This document shows, one piece after another, positions 37,102-46,312 of a stretch of 64,000 bases of DNA (positions are counted from its first letter, which is position 1; each line of letters opens with the position of its first letter). The stretch is from Pseudobacteriovorax sp. (GTDB taxonomy: Bacteria > Bdellovibrionota_B > Oligoflexia > Oligoflexales > Oligoflexaceae). The stretch spans positions 13,161-77,160 of the forward strand of contig JBNKNM010000002.1 of assembly GCA_050293845.1 (NCBI GenBank), in the 5' to 3' direction. The position numbers were made by a program, and so were the translations under genes. The notes under the pieces are model-generated. The model searched no databases. It saw nothing but the letters and a program-made list of their open reading frames with translations, and had not been told where the DNA came from.

Positions 37102-38022
37102 ATGATCGAAGTCTCGGGTGTAAGTAAAAATTTTGGAGAGGTTGCGGCTCTCAATCAAGTCTCCTTTACCGTAGAGAGGGGACAGATTATTGGCTTCCTG
37201 GGGGCCAATGGTGCAGGGAAAACGACAACCATGGACATCATTTGTGGATGCTTAGGGTCTGACCAGGGTACAGTTAAGATTTGTGGGTTCGATATAACAG
37301 ATAGTCCCATTGAGGCTAAGCAAAAAATTGGGTACTTACCGGATGAACCGCCAATTCATCATGACATGAAAGTAGAAGAATTCGTTCGCTATGTAGCCAA
37401 GATTCGTGGCGTCGCTGCAGCAAAAATTTCCCAAAGGGTCAGTGAGGTCTTAGAGAAACTCTCCCTAGGATCTATGGCTGGTCGGATTATTGGCAACCTT
37501 TCTAAAGGTTATAAACAGAGGGTCGGTCTGGCTCAAGCCCTGATTCACAATCCCGAAGTTCTGGTTCTCGACGAACCAACGGAAGGGTTAGACCCTAAGC
37601 AGATTGTTCATATTCGCGAGCTGATTAAGTCATTAGCGGGCGAACACACTATTCTATTTAGCTCACACATTCTTTCCGAGGTTCAATCGCTGTGTGACGA
37701 ACTCATTATAATCGATAATGGCAGAATCGTTGAACAGGGTTCCTATAGCGAAATCATGAATAAGTATGATGGGGGGACATCCTACGAGCTTCAGGTACGC
37801 CAGGGTGCTAGCACACTGGTAGAGCAGCTGGTCAGCATCGAAGGCTTGAGCTTACAGGGTAAAGTGAAAAGCAATAGCAATGTTATAGAGTTTTCTACTG
37901 GTACTGATAGCACCGTCGTTGATAAAGTTGCTAGACAGGTTCTTGATGGCGACTTTGGTTTGGTTCAGTTGGCCAGGAAATCAGCAAGTTTAGAAGATGT
38001 TTTCTTTAAACTCACCCGCTAG
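37102..38022 (+). CDS. ABC transporter ATP-binding protein (ABC-2 / GldA-like)
   Basis: Walker A GANGAGKTT, signature LSKGYKQR, Walker B LVLDEPTEGLD. AGGAGA SD. Confidence 0.88.
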   Translation: MIEVSGVSKNFGEVAALNQVSFTVERGQIIGFLGANGAGKTTTMDIICGCLGSDQGTVKICGFDITDSPIEAKQKIGYLPDEPPIHHDMKVEEFVRYVAKIRGVAAAKISQRVSEVLEKLSLGSMAGRIIGNLSKGYKQRVGLAQALIHNPEVLVLDEPTEGLDPKQIVHIRELIKSLAGEHTILFSSHILSEVQSLCDELIIIDNGRIVEQGSYSEIMNKYDGGTSYELQVRQGASTLVEQLVSIEGLSLQGKVKSNSNVIEFSTGTDSTVVDKVARQVLDGDFGLVQLARKSASLEDVFFKLTR

Positions 38023-38031
38023 GAGTTAGTC

Positions 38032-38796
38032 GTGAATTCAATTTTTACGATCGCAAAGCGTGATCTATTCTCTTTTTTCTATTCCCTAAAAGGGTCGATT
38101 GTTTTCTGGTTCTTTTTGATTTTCATTGGTTTTTTCTTCCATTCTTTTGTGGTGTCATTTATGGAAATGCAGTCCCAATCTATGGGGTACGGAGGACAGG
38201 GACCAACCTTAAGTCAGCTTTTGACAGCGATATTCCATAACCTTCACTTTATTCTTCTCCTTATCGTTCCGGCTGTAACCATGGCTTCTTTTGCAGAAGA
38301 GAAAAAAACACATGTGGATAGATTGCTGCAAACATCCCCGGTTACCACTTTGCAGATTGTGTTAGGGAAATTTTTTGCCAGTACAGGGGTGCTTATTCTA
38401 GCTTTGGTAGCTTCGATTGTGTTTCCTTTATTTACGGTAATCTATGGCAATGCCGATGTGGGTGCCATAGCTTCCGCCTATTTAGGGGTAGCTCTGCTCA
38501 TTTGCTCACAAGTGGCGCTGGGTGTCTGGATCTCTTCCATGACAGATAATCAGTTTATTGCCTTTGTGTTTACGATGTTCGGTTTGTTTTTTCTGCTTAT
38601 TTTAAACTGGATTGCTCCTAATATTACTTCACCCGGATCTACTGAGCAATTTGTCAAGTATCTTGCTTCAACAAGCCATCTTGACAATTTTTTTAAGGGT
38701 TTGATAACCGTGGCGGATGTCACCTACTTCTTGCTATTTACTACATTATTTTTATTTTTTACCTATGTTGCTCTAGATTCGAAAAGATGGAGGTAG
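38032..38796 (+). CDS. ABC-2 type permease (GldF-like)
   Basis: Six hydrophobic segments, adjacent to the ATPase gene, GTG start after AGGAG. Confidence 0.75.
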   Translation: MNSIFTIAKRDLFSFFYSLKGSIVFWFFLIFIGFFFHSFVVSFMEMQSQSMGYGGQGPTLSQLLTAIFHNLHFILLLIVPAVTMASFAEEKKTHVDRLLQTSPVTTLQIVLGKFFASTGVLILALVASIVFPLFTVIYGNADVGAIASAYLGVALLICSQVALGVWISSMTDNQFIAFVFTMFGLFFLLILNWIAPNITSPGSTEQFVKYLASTSHLDNFFKGLITVADVTYFLLFTTLFLFFTYVALDSKRWR

Positions 38797-38799
38797 GCT

Positions 38800-40419
38800 A
38801 TGAAATCGAGTCTTTTTATTCTGCCATTCCTGGCTTTACTATTTATAGCCATCGCCGTAGTTACGGGAGTATCTCTAAAAGAACTGCCCATGGTTTCCTA
38901 TGTTCTTTGGGGTCTTGGCGGTAGCAGTGTATTTCTTTGGTTGGTGCTGGATAAGGAAGGGTTTCAGAAAGTTTTTTCACGCAAAGGAGCCAAATATGGT
39001 GCAACTTCTGGAGCTACGGTCGTCCTAGGGATTGCCATTATCATTGGTATTGGATTTCTCACGAACCGTGTGCGCTTTAATAAGTCATTTGATGTCACCC
39101 GCGATGGTATCAATACTCTTTCCGATCAGAGTGCGAAGGCTATTGCTAACCTAGCTGAAAAGGACGCCGTGGTTGCTATACAAACGTTCTTTCAAGATGA
39201 GCTAAAGAAACAAAAATTTGTTGATTTATTAGCTCTTTATCAAGCTGCTGGTCTCCAAGCTTTAGTGGAGCATGTCGATCCTCAGGAAGATCCAACCAAG
39301 GCCATCGCTGCTAATGTCACAACAGCTGATACCGTTATTCTGAAGCTGGGTGAGAGCGAAAGCCGTTTGACAAGCTTTACCGAGGAAAAAATGACCAATA
39401 GCTTTCTTGGCTTGCTGAAAAGTAAAACTAAGAAGATCATTTTTACGATAGGTCATGGCGAAAAGGATCTAGCTTCCCGGGAAGCCAATGGTTATGCATT
39501 GGCTAAGCAAGAGTTGGAGTCTGAGCGATTTGAGGTGGCAACCATAAATCTTCTGGAGCAAGAACAGGTGGCCGAAGATGTGGATTTGCTGGTTATAGCC
39601 GGCCCTAAATATGACTTTCGTGATACCGAAATCAACATGGTGGTGAACTATCTAGATCGGGGTAAACCAATTTTTGTACTGTTTGATGCTTTAACAGCAT
39701 TGCCTAATTTGGAAAAATTTATCCAGGACTATGGTCTCAAAGTGAATCCCGATATTCTGCTGCTCAGTCCTGATGATCCTCGCGCCCAAATTTTAGGTCA
39801 GAATAATGCTATTGTCACAGACTTTGATCAATTCTCAGCAGCTACAAAAGACTTTGCCCAAAATGGTTCCATGGCTCTAGTGATCTCCAATACGCGGTCC
39901 GTCGACGAGATTACCGATAATGAGAAAAAAATGAAGCCTAGTTTGGTTGCTAAAACCTCGAAAATCATCATCGGTGTGGGTGATGTTAGAAAGCCATCAG
40001 ATCTCGAAAATATTACCCAGGATAGGGTGCTTTCGGGACCTTTTGCTGTCCTAGGAATAGCGACAGGTCAAATAGGAGGCAGTGAAGTAGCCTCTAAGGA
40101 TGAAGAAGCCAAGAAAGACCTTCCCCTTGAAGGAGCAAAAACATCCAAGGAGCTCCGATTGGCAGTTATGGGTTCGTCCGATATTGTCAGCAATATAGGA
40201 GCTCAAAGGGGTGAGAATGTCGATCTGTTCTTGAATGTTGTGAACTATCTCACCCAAGATGAATCATTTATTTCTATCCGCCCTAAGGATGAGACCAAGT
40301 CGAGCTTGGATTTATCTTCGGCTAGTAGCCAGTTATGGCTTTTGTTTTTCTCCTATCTCTACCCGACATTGTTTTTGGGCGGAGGTGTTTTTTATTGGAT
40401 AGTAAGGAGAAGAGCATGA
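38800..40419 (+). CDS. GldG-like ABC transporter auxiliary protein
   Basis: N- and C-terminal TM anchors flank a large periplasmic domain, in the position and size typical of Gldg-family proteins following GldA/GldF-like genes. Confidence 0.65.
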   Translation: MKSSLFILPFLALLFIAIAVVTGVSLKELPMVSYVLWGLGGSSVFLWLVLDKEGFQKVFSRKGAKYGATSGATVVLGIAIIIGIGFLTNRVRFNKSFDVTRDGINTLSDQSAKAIANLAEKDAVVAIQTFFQDELKKQKFVDLLALYQAAGLQALVEHVDPQEDPTKAIAANVTTADTVILKLGESESRLTSFTEEKMTNSFLGLLKSKTKKIIFTIGHGEKDLASREANGYALAKQELESERFEVATINLLEQEQVAEDVDLLVIAGPKYDFRDTEINMVVNYLDRGKPIFVLFDALTALPNLEKFIQDYGLKVNPDILLLSPDDPRAQILGQNNAIVTDFDQFSAATKDFAQNGSMALVISNTRSVDEITDNEKKMKPSLVAKTSKIIIGVGDVRKPSDLENITQDRVLSGPFAVLGIATGQIGGSEVASKDEEAKKDLPLEGAKTSKELRLAVMGSSDIVSNIGAQRGENVDLFLNVVNYLTQDESFISIRPKDETKSSLDLSSASSQLWLLFFSYLYPTLFLGGGVFYWIVRRRA

Positions 40420-41750
40420 AGGCGATGACAAAAATCATCGGTTTGCTGCTGGTCCTGGGGATATTGGGTGGCGTTGCCTACTGGGATGAGTGGCAGACTG
40501 AACGGGAAACAAAAGAGAAAGAAAACCTCTCAAAAGTCTTTATCGATCTAGCAGCAAAAGACATAATCAGTATTCAGATAGAGTCAAAAATTGAAGACTA
40601 CAAACTGACATTGGAAAAGCAGAGTGGCAACTGGACTATAGTTAGTCCTCTGTCTTACCTAGCTGACCAGGAGGTTGTCGCTGCCTTTCTGAAGCAAGTT
40701 GTGGATCTGAAATTTGAGAAATCTTTACCTGTTGATACTGCTAATCGTCTTAAAGACTTTGGCTTAGACAATCCAGAAATCAGTGTGACTTTAAATAAGG
40801 ACGCAAAGTTGTCACTAGCACTGGGTTTGAAAACCCCTGTTGGTTATAACCGTTATATGCGTGTGGGTGGGTCTGGTCCGGTTAAAGTGGTTGGGGGATA
40901 TCTCGGGACCGCTTTGAACAAGAAAATACATGAATTTAGGGATAAAACGATACAAATGCCTTCCCAAAATAACCTTAAACAATTGACTCTGATTAATAAT
41001 GAAGAAGTTCCTTTTACAAGGGTTGACGGTGAATGGAAACTGGGAGGAGAGAAGAATCTCCCCATTGATGAAGATGCTTTTTCTCAATTTATGGGATACT
41101 GGCGTAACAACATTATCGAAGAGTTTATCGATAAACCGTCTTCGGATCTGGCAGCAGCCATCAGGGTGAACACAGCAGGAACTTCATTGGTTGCGGCTCT
41201 GCGTTGGATTGATGGCAGTGGTCAAGACATCAGTTGGCAATTTCTTGAAAACAATGATGTTCTTTACGGGCGTATGGTGGGTCAGGAGGCTTTGTATAAA
41301 ATCTCCAGTGCGGCCAAAGATCAGTTGCAGAAAACCCTTTGGGATTTTCAGTATAAAAAGATTGCCGACTTTAACAGCACAGAAGTCCAGAAGGTGAAAA
41401 TCAATGATCTGTTATATGTGAAAAAAAATAATCAGTGGGTAGCTCCAGATGATTCTGTCAAAGAATTTGTTGCTAGTATGCTTCTTGATGTGGAGTATGC
41501 CAATGCCCTGGAGATTAAACCGTTGCATGAAGTGGAGCTTGCAAAGGATCGATTACAATTCTCTGTTCTACTGGAGATGGAAAATAACTCCCAAATAGAA
41601 TTTGAGGTCTATAAGCATCCGAAGGAGCCGGCCAGCCTATGGGTGCGACTCAAATCCTCCGATCAGGTTTTTGTCGTTAGCGATTCTTTTGTCGATAACT
41701 TTACCGAAAACCATCTGGCTAAAAGTGAAGACGACGACTCCCAAGGCTAA
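40416..41750 (+). CDS. DUF4340-like periplasmic protein (usual fourth gene of the GldAFG-like module)
   Basis: The ATG at 40416 forms an ATGA overlap with the upstream stop. N-terminal anchor IIGLLLVLGILGGVAYW. The family call rests on size and context, not on a motif. Confidence 0.45.
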   Translation: MKAMTKIIGLLLVLGILGGVAYWDEWQTERETKEKENLSKVFIDLAAKDIISIQIESKIEDYKLTLEKQSGNWTIVSPLSYLADQEVVAAFLKQVVDLKFEKSLPVDTANRLKDFGLDNPEISVTLNKDAKLSLALGLKTPVGYNRYMRVGGSGPVKVVGGYLGTALNKKIHEFRDKTIQMPSQNNLKQLTLINNEEVPFTRVDGEWKLGGEKNLPIDEDAFSQFMGYWRNNIIEEFIDKPSSDLAAAIRVNTAGTSLVAALRWIDGSGQDISWQFLENNDVLYGRMVGQEALYKISSAAKDQLQKTLWDFQYKKIADFNSTEVQKVKINDLLYVKKNNQWVAPDDSVKEFVASMLLDVEYANALEIKPLHEVELAKDRLQFSVLLEMENNSQIEFEVYKHPKEPASLWVRLKSSDQVFVVSDSFVDNFTENHLAKSEDDDSQG

Positions 41751-42760
41751 GTGATTTCTGGTTTCATGTCTCTGCCGAGAAGGGCAGAGACGGCACCTTT
41801 AATAGGCAATCCTTCATAAATAACTTGGTAGACCACATTGGTAATAGGGGCATCGACACCAATATTTTGGGTTAATTGATAGGCTGCTTTTGTAGTGGTA
41901 ACACCCTCGGCTATAGAGCCTAGGTTAGCGATCACATCATTAAGCTTCTTTCCTCGACCAAGCTCAAATCCAACACGATAGTTACGACTTTTTACAGAGG
42001 TACAGGTAAGGAAAAGATCTCCCACGCCTCCTAGTCCGTTGAATGTAATGGCTTTGGCTCCTAGGGCTACCCCAATTCTGGTGATCTCAGCAAGGCCACG
42101 AGTTAGGAGAGCTGCTTGAGCATTGTTTGCCAAGCCTAGACCTGCAGCAGCCCCTGCTGCTAGCGCTACAACATTTTTGAGGGCTCCAGCAACCTCTAGG
42201 CCTATAGGGTCGTCAGAAGTATAGGCTCGGAAGCGCTCCGTATGAAAAATTTCCTGAACTCTTATGGCTGTTTTCTTACTGTAACTAGCGATGGAAACGG
42301 CTGTGGGCTGGTGTTGAGCTACCTCTATTGCAAAACTAGGCCCTGACAACACCGTAATCATTTCCTTGGGAATGTTAGGGCATTCTTCGCCAACAATGGT
42401 AATGGGCATTTTTAAGCTACCGACTTCGATACCTTTGGAAGCACAGACTAAGGGGATATGGGGGGCGATGTTGGCCGCTATTGACTGCAGAACATGCCGC
42501 AGATATTGTGTCGGAATTGCTAATACAATGGCCGTTACTTCATGCCAAGGTAGCTTTTCGAAGCTGGTGAATGCCTTTAATTGTGTTGAAAGGGGGACAT
42601 CTTTTAAATAGCAGGGGTTGCGATGATGTGAGTTGATATGATCTGCTACTTGGCTCTCACGGGCCCAAAGTATGGTGGGCACCCCTTTTACTGATAGGTG
42701 ATGGGCTAATGCTGTTCCAAAGTTTCCCGCTCCTAGCACAAGGACAAGTTCACTTGCCAT
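41747..42760 (-). CDS. gpsA: NAD(P)H-dependent glycerol-3-phosphate dehydrogenase
   Basis: VLGAGNFGTALA Rossmann motif, ...GALKNVVALAAG..., and 337 aa. Confidence 0.92.
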   Translation of the reverse strand: MASELVLVLGAGNFGTALAHHLSVKGVPTILWARESQVADHINSHHRNPCYLKDVPLSTQLKAFTSFEKLPWHEVTAIVLAIPTQYLRHVLQSIAANIAPHIPLVCASKGIEVGSLKMPITIVGEECPNIPKEMITVLSGPSFAIEVAQHQPTAVSIASYSKKTAIRVQEIFHTERFRAYTSDDPIGLEVAGALKNVVALAAGAAAGLGLANNAQAALLTRGLAEITRIGVALGAKAITFNGLGGVGDLFLTCTSVKSRNYRVGFELGRGKKLNDVIANLGSIAEGVTTTKAAYQLTQNIGVDAPITNVVYQVIYEGLPIKGAVSALLGRDMKPEIT

Positions 42761-42839
42761 ATGATCTCCTTTTCGAAAGGCCCTTGCTCTTCTTATCGTC
42801 CTAAGTCATAAAGAATTCGGACCATTTTTTGGGGGAGCA

Positions 42840-43370
42840 ATGCCGGCACAATACCTTTATCCAATATACATTCTCCTTTCAATGGTTTTAAACCTACTAT
42901 GGTTTGCTCGCAGTCATATTCTCAGAACTGCTTACGGTCTATTATCGAGCCTGCTACTCCTTCTGATCGTGCAAAACGGCAGCATTTCAATCCCTTCATT
43001 GTTTATTTTCATTAGTAATATCAGCTTGATGTTTAAATCACAACAGCCACAATTGACGAGTTGGCGGCAAGGTGTGATGCCTTTATTGATAGGTTTTGGG
43101 GTGATTTATTATATGCCACCAACCACAGGCGCATTTAGTCTAGTCCTTTTATATGCTTTCTGGTATCCCCTCAAGGATCAAGGTCTGTCTAGTTGGGCTA
43201 TCGCCGGAGAGTTATTAGCGACGGCAGGGTATTTGGGACTTGTTGCAAAACAGCAGTGGATAGCCGCAGTTTTATTACTGCTGGTTTGGAAAATCGGACA
43301 GTTCCAGCTGATAAAGTTGCTCTCTAAGGACGGTTGGAACACTGAGGCAATTGAATTGTTAAGAGGGTAG
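42840..43370 (+). CDS. Hypothetical polytopic membrane protein (176 aa)
   Basis: Hydrophobic throughout. No recognised catalytic motif. Confidence 0.4.
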   Translation: MPAQYLYPIYILLSMVLNLLWFARSHILRTAYGLLSSLLLLLIVQNGSISIPSLFIFISNISLMFKSQQPQLTSWRQGVMPLLIGFGVIYYMPPTTGAFSLVLLYAFWYPLKDQGLSSWAIAGELLATAGYLGLVAKQQWIAAVLLLLVWKIGQFQLIKLLSKDGWNTEAIELLRG

Positions 43371-43372
43371 AC

Positions 43373-43621
43373 ATGATTTTGATCATTGGGTTGTTAATCC
43401 TGGCTTTGCTTTATTGGGGTATACGTCTTAAAAATACCAATGTGCATGGTAAGAGAGGGGATAAACTATTGGAAAATAAACTGCAAAACCTACCTCTTAT
43501 GACTTATGCAGAAACGCTGGGAGCTGTGGCATTGATCAAACAAAGTGCTCGATGCGACCGCTCTTTACTATGGTTTTTACTGCTATTACTGTCAGTATTT
43601 TGTGGGGGCTATTTTCTGTGA
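43373..43621 (+). CDS. Hypothetical membrane protein (82 aa)
   Basis: Starts 2 nt after the previous stop, in a different frame. TM segments at both ends. Confidence 0.3.
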   Translation: MILIIGLLILALLYWGIRLKNTNVHGKRGDKLLENKLQNLPLMTYAETLGAVALIKQSARCDRSLLWFLLLLLSVFCGGYFL

Positions 43622-44535
43622 ACCCGATTGAATCATTGCTTCCCCCTATTTTATGGGGTTCCCTGACAGTATTAGTGGGAGTTGCTTCCAGAAGGTGGTA
43701 TCAGGTCTTGGGGGGGGCTTGCCTAGGGGTGCTCTGGTTTATACCTATGGAGCCGCTTCAAAAACTAATAGCCATGGATCTTTTCATCGTGCTGGCGACT
43801 TTTTTTACGTCGCATACGAATAGCTGGCAGAATGAGGCAAAGATTAAGATTATCATTGGCCAACTATTACCCCTACTGGGTATCGTCCTTATCTCTTCAA
43901 TGGATTCCATTCCTGGCTCTACTCTTCTTATCGCCGCCCTAATAGCGATTAAAGTTGGCATCCTACCATGGCAGCGATTTTGGGTGGATGTTTTAAATGC
44001 CAATGGCGTCAGGGCTTCATCATGGCTCCTTCACCTTTACCGGTATGCTGTTTTTAGCTGGTATATCCAGTCGCCATGGTTCCCCGCAGTAGGAGACGAA
44101 AGGCTGGCTTTAGTCAGCTCCATACTAGCCTTACTGACGAGCTGTTTATTGTTGATGCAGTCTAATCTGAGAAGGTTTCAAGGATACTATCTTTGTACCT
44201 GTCATGCTATGGCCCTAAGCTATGCCTTTATAGGCAGGCCATCAATAGCTCTATTGTTGGTAGTTTTTGCGGGTTTGATCCTGCAACTTTTCGAAGAGTT
44301 TTTACCGTCCCAAAGGAGCGATCGGTGGGATGACCTTTTCGGAAAGCTTTACCATCCTGCAGCTGCTACGACACTTTTGCTTTCGGCTTTAGCCCCCTTG
44401 TTCCCTGTGCAACTGATCCCATGGGATACTATCACTCGCTATAGTGCGGTATTTACTTTCTTGCTTATAGCCTACATTTTGATGGTTTATAAACTGGTTA
44501 AGAGCGAGTACTTGCTTAGCATTACGCGCCATTAA
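43618..44535 (+). CDS. Hypothetical polytopic membrane protein with a weak NuoN/Mrp antiporter-like motif
   Basis: The track ORF opens at 43552. The GTG at 43618 would give a GTGA overlap with the previous stop. AIKVGILPWQRFWVDVL loosely resembles the K.G..PFH.W.PDV block of proton-conducting antiporter-like subunits. The start is uncertain. Confidence 0.35.
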   Translation: MNPIESLLPPILWGSLTVLVGVASRRWYQVLGGACLGVLWFIPMEPLQKLIAMDLFIVLATFFTSHTNSWQNEAKIKIIIGQLLPLLGIVLISSMDSIPGSTLLIAALIAIKVGILPWQRFWVDVLNANGVRASSWLLHLYRYAVFSWYIQSPWFPAVGDERLALVSSILALLTSCLLLMQSNLRRFQGYYLCTCHAMALSYAFIGRPSIALLLVVFAGLILQLFEEFLPSQRSDRWDDLFGKLYHPAAATTLLLSALAPLFPVQLIPWDTITRYSAVFTFLLIAYILMVYKLVKSEYLLSITRH

Positions 44536-44565
44536 GGGTTTGCTTCCCCCCAGAATCCGATACTT

Positions 44566-45456
44566 TTACCCCTTTGCCGCTTCTACGATCCGGCTAAAGT
44601 TGCGGTAGGTAACATCCTCAAAAGCTTCTTTTGAGAGATTATTTTGATATAGATTGTCCTGAATCGTCAGGAATTTGTAACGATCGTTCTTGGCATTAAA
44701 AAGAGGTCCATCACTGCCAAATATGCAATTGCGGGGGCCAGCTAGGCTAAGAGCTTTGGACGCGGCTTTACGATCTACCATTGAGGTCCCAGAAAGATCA
44801 ACGAAGACATTATCCTGCTCTCTGGCATAGGCGCAGACATCGTTCATATAGGGAATGCCCCCATGGCAATAAATGATAGGCACACTAGGAAAGCGCTTAG
44901 GCAGGTAGCGGTACTCCCCATATTCACCAGGACCTAAGTGGGCAAGGATGGCCCAATTTCGCTCGGCGCAGAGCGCTGCGATATCTTCGGCCATACTTAA
45001 GGGATACCGGTGCCAGTAGGGGTGGAGCTTAATACCGATGATACCCTTAATATGTCGATATTTTTCAATGACTTCTCGCGGGTCTTCGCCATTTTCTGGA
45101 TTGAGGAATAAGAATCCAACAAAACGTTCGGGAGAATATGCCAGCCATGTTACAAGTTCATCATTATCTGGCTTCATGTAGACTTTATACTTTTTTCCAA
45201 GTATATCGAAATGACCATCTTCTGTAACTCCTCCCCGATAAAACTTCATGCCGATGTCGTGAGCCATGCAGTTTGAATGGGAGTGTATTAGTTTACGATA
45301 GAGAGGGAGTAATACTTTGGCATGGCCAGGCAATTCAAATGCAGGATTGACACGTGGAATTAATGCAAGTTTATCGATGCCATATTGATCCATACTTTGA
45401 AGCAATCCTTGAGGGCTTATTAAATGGGGGTCTATATGGAAGTGACAGTCAAACAT
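44566..45456 (-). CDS. Amidohydrolase-family (TIM-barrel metal-dependent hydrolase) protein
   Basis: N-terminal FDCHFHID HxH metal motif, later H...H and a C-terminal D (FGSDGP) pattern. 296 aa. Confidence 0.7.
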   Translation of the reverse strand: MFDCHFHIDPHLISPQGLLQSMDQYGIDKLALIPRVNPAFELPGHAKVLLPLYRKLIHSHSNCMAHDIGMKFYRGGVTEDGHFDILGKKYKVYMKPDNDELVTWLAYSPERFVGFLFLNPENGEDPREVIEKYRHIKGIIGIKLHPYWHRYPLSMAEDIAALCAERNWAILAHLGPGEYGEYRYLPKRFPSVPIIYCHGGIPYMNDVCAYAREQDNVFVDLSGTSMVDRKAASKALSLAGPRNCIFGSDGPLFNAKNDRYKFLTIQDNLYQNNLSKEAFEDVTYRNFSRIVEAAKG

Positions 45457-45671
45457 GGCTTACCCAAAAAATGTTAAATTTGGGCAACTATACCGCATTC
45501 CCTGAGTGGAATGCAATTTATTACCAATGACATCCCAGGTGTAAAAAGTGTCCCTACTCTGCAAGCTTCAGCCCAAAAAAATGTCCTTATTCGCAGAGGT
45601 TAGCTGCAGTGATGGCGTCACTACGCCCCTCAAATAGGGGCCATTTTGCTTCACAATTGTACCCAATGTCA

Positions 45672-45692
45672 GAAAACAAACTGTTTGTTTTC
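45672..45692. promoter_or_regulatory. Perfect 10-1-10 palindrome, candidate operator
   Basis: GAAAACAAAC-T-GTTTGTTTTC at 45672-45692, 54 nt upstream of the ATG at 45746 in a 289-nt divergent intergenic region. Confidence 0.4.
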
Positions 45693-45745
45693 GCAGCAAG
45701 AGGTGCTATCAGTAGGGGGCAATTCAACTCGATACGGTCATAATT

Positions 45746-46312
45746 ATGGAAAAATTTTCTCGTAAAGACTTCTTACGAATTTCTAGCAGTGCTTTAGCTT
45801 TAAGCCAACTTTGGAGCCTTTCAGGTTGCACCAGGCAGGCAGCAATAGGAAATCATTTAAAGAACTTTGATTCCCAGGACACAGCGTTACTTGAGAATAT
45901 CTGGCGTGCTTATGTGGGCGGTGAAGCCGCTGTGGCGCGATATGGTGAGAAGGGGCTGAAAAAGATTTTTCAGGAATGCACCAGCTCCTTGGACGGCATG
46001 TTAGAGTCGTTTAAGATGGATGCGCCCTATCTTACTGATGATTTCTTACTGGCTCTCAAACTGATCGACTACGGACCGATCATACTTGGTTGGTACGGTA
46101 AAACCTTCGGGTCTTTGAGCTTGTCCCAACAACAGCAAGTCTTGCAAGATTGGCTCGACTCTTCGTTAAAGCCTTTGCGAGACGTCTCTTATGGGCTTAA
46201 AGGTCTATTCACATTACTATATTACGAGCACCCCCAGGTGAGACAGCTCATTGGATTCGATAAACCATGGGTATTGCGAGACAGGGTACAGGGAGCGAGG
46301 CAGGGAATATGA
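45746..46312 (+). CDS. Small subunit of a GMC-type dehydrogenase (gluconate 2-dehydrogenase subunit 3-like), Tat-like signal plus lipobox
   Basis: The N-terminus FSRKDFLRISSSALALSQLWSLSGC resembles a Tat motif with RK in place of RR, followed by the L-S-G-C lipobox. ATGA overlap with the FAD subunit gene. Confidence 0.55.
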   Translation: MEKFSRKDFLRISSSALALSQLWSLSGCTRQAAIGNHLKNFDSQDTALLENIWRAYVGGEAAVARYGEKGLKKIFQECTSSLDGMLESFKMDAPYLTDDFLLALKLIDYGPIILGWYGKTFGSLSLSQQQQVLQDWLDSSLKPLRDVSYGLKGLFTLLYYEHPQVRQLIGFDKPWVLRDRVQGARQGI

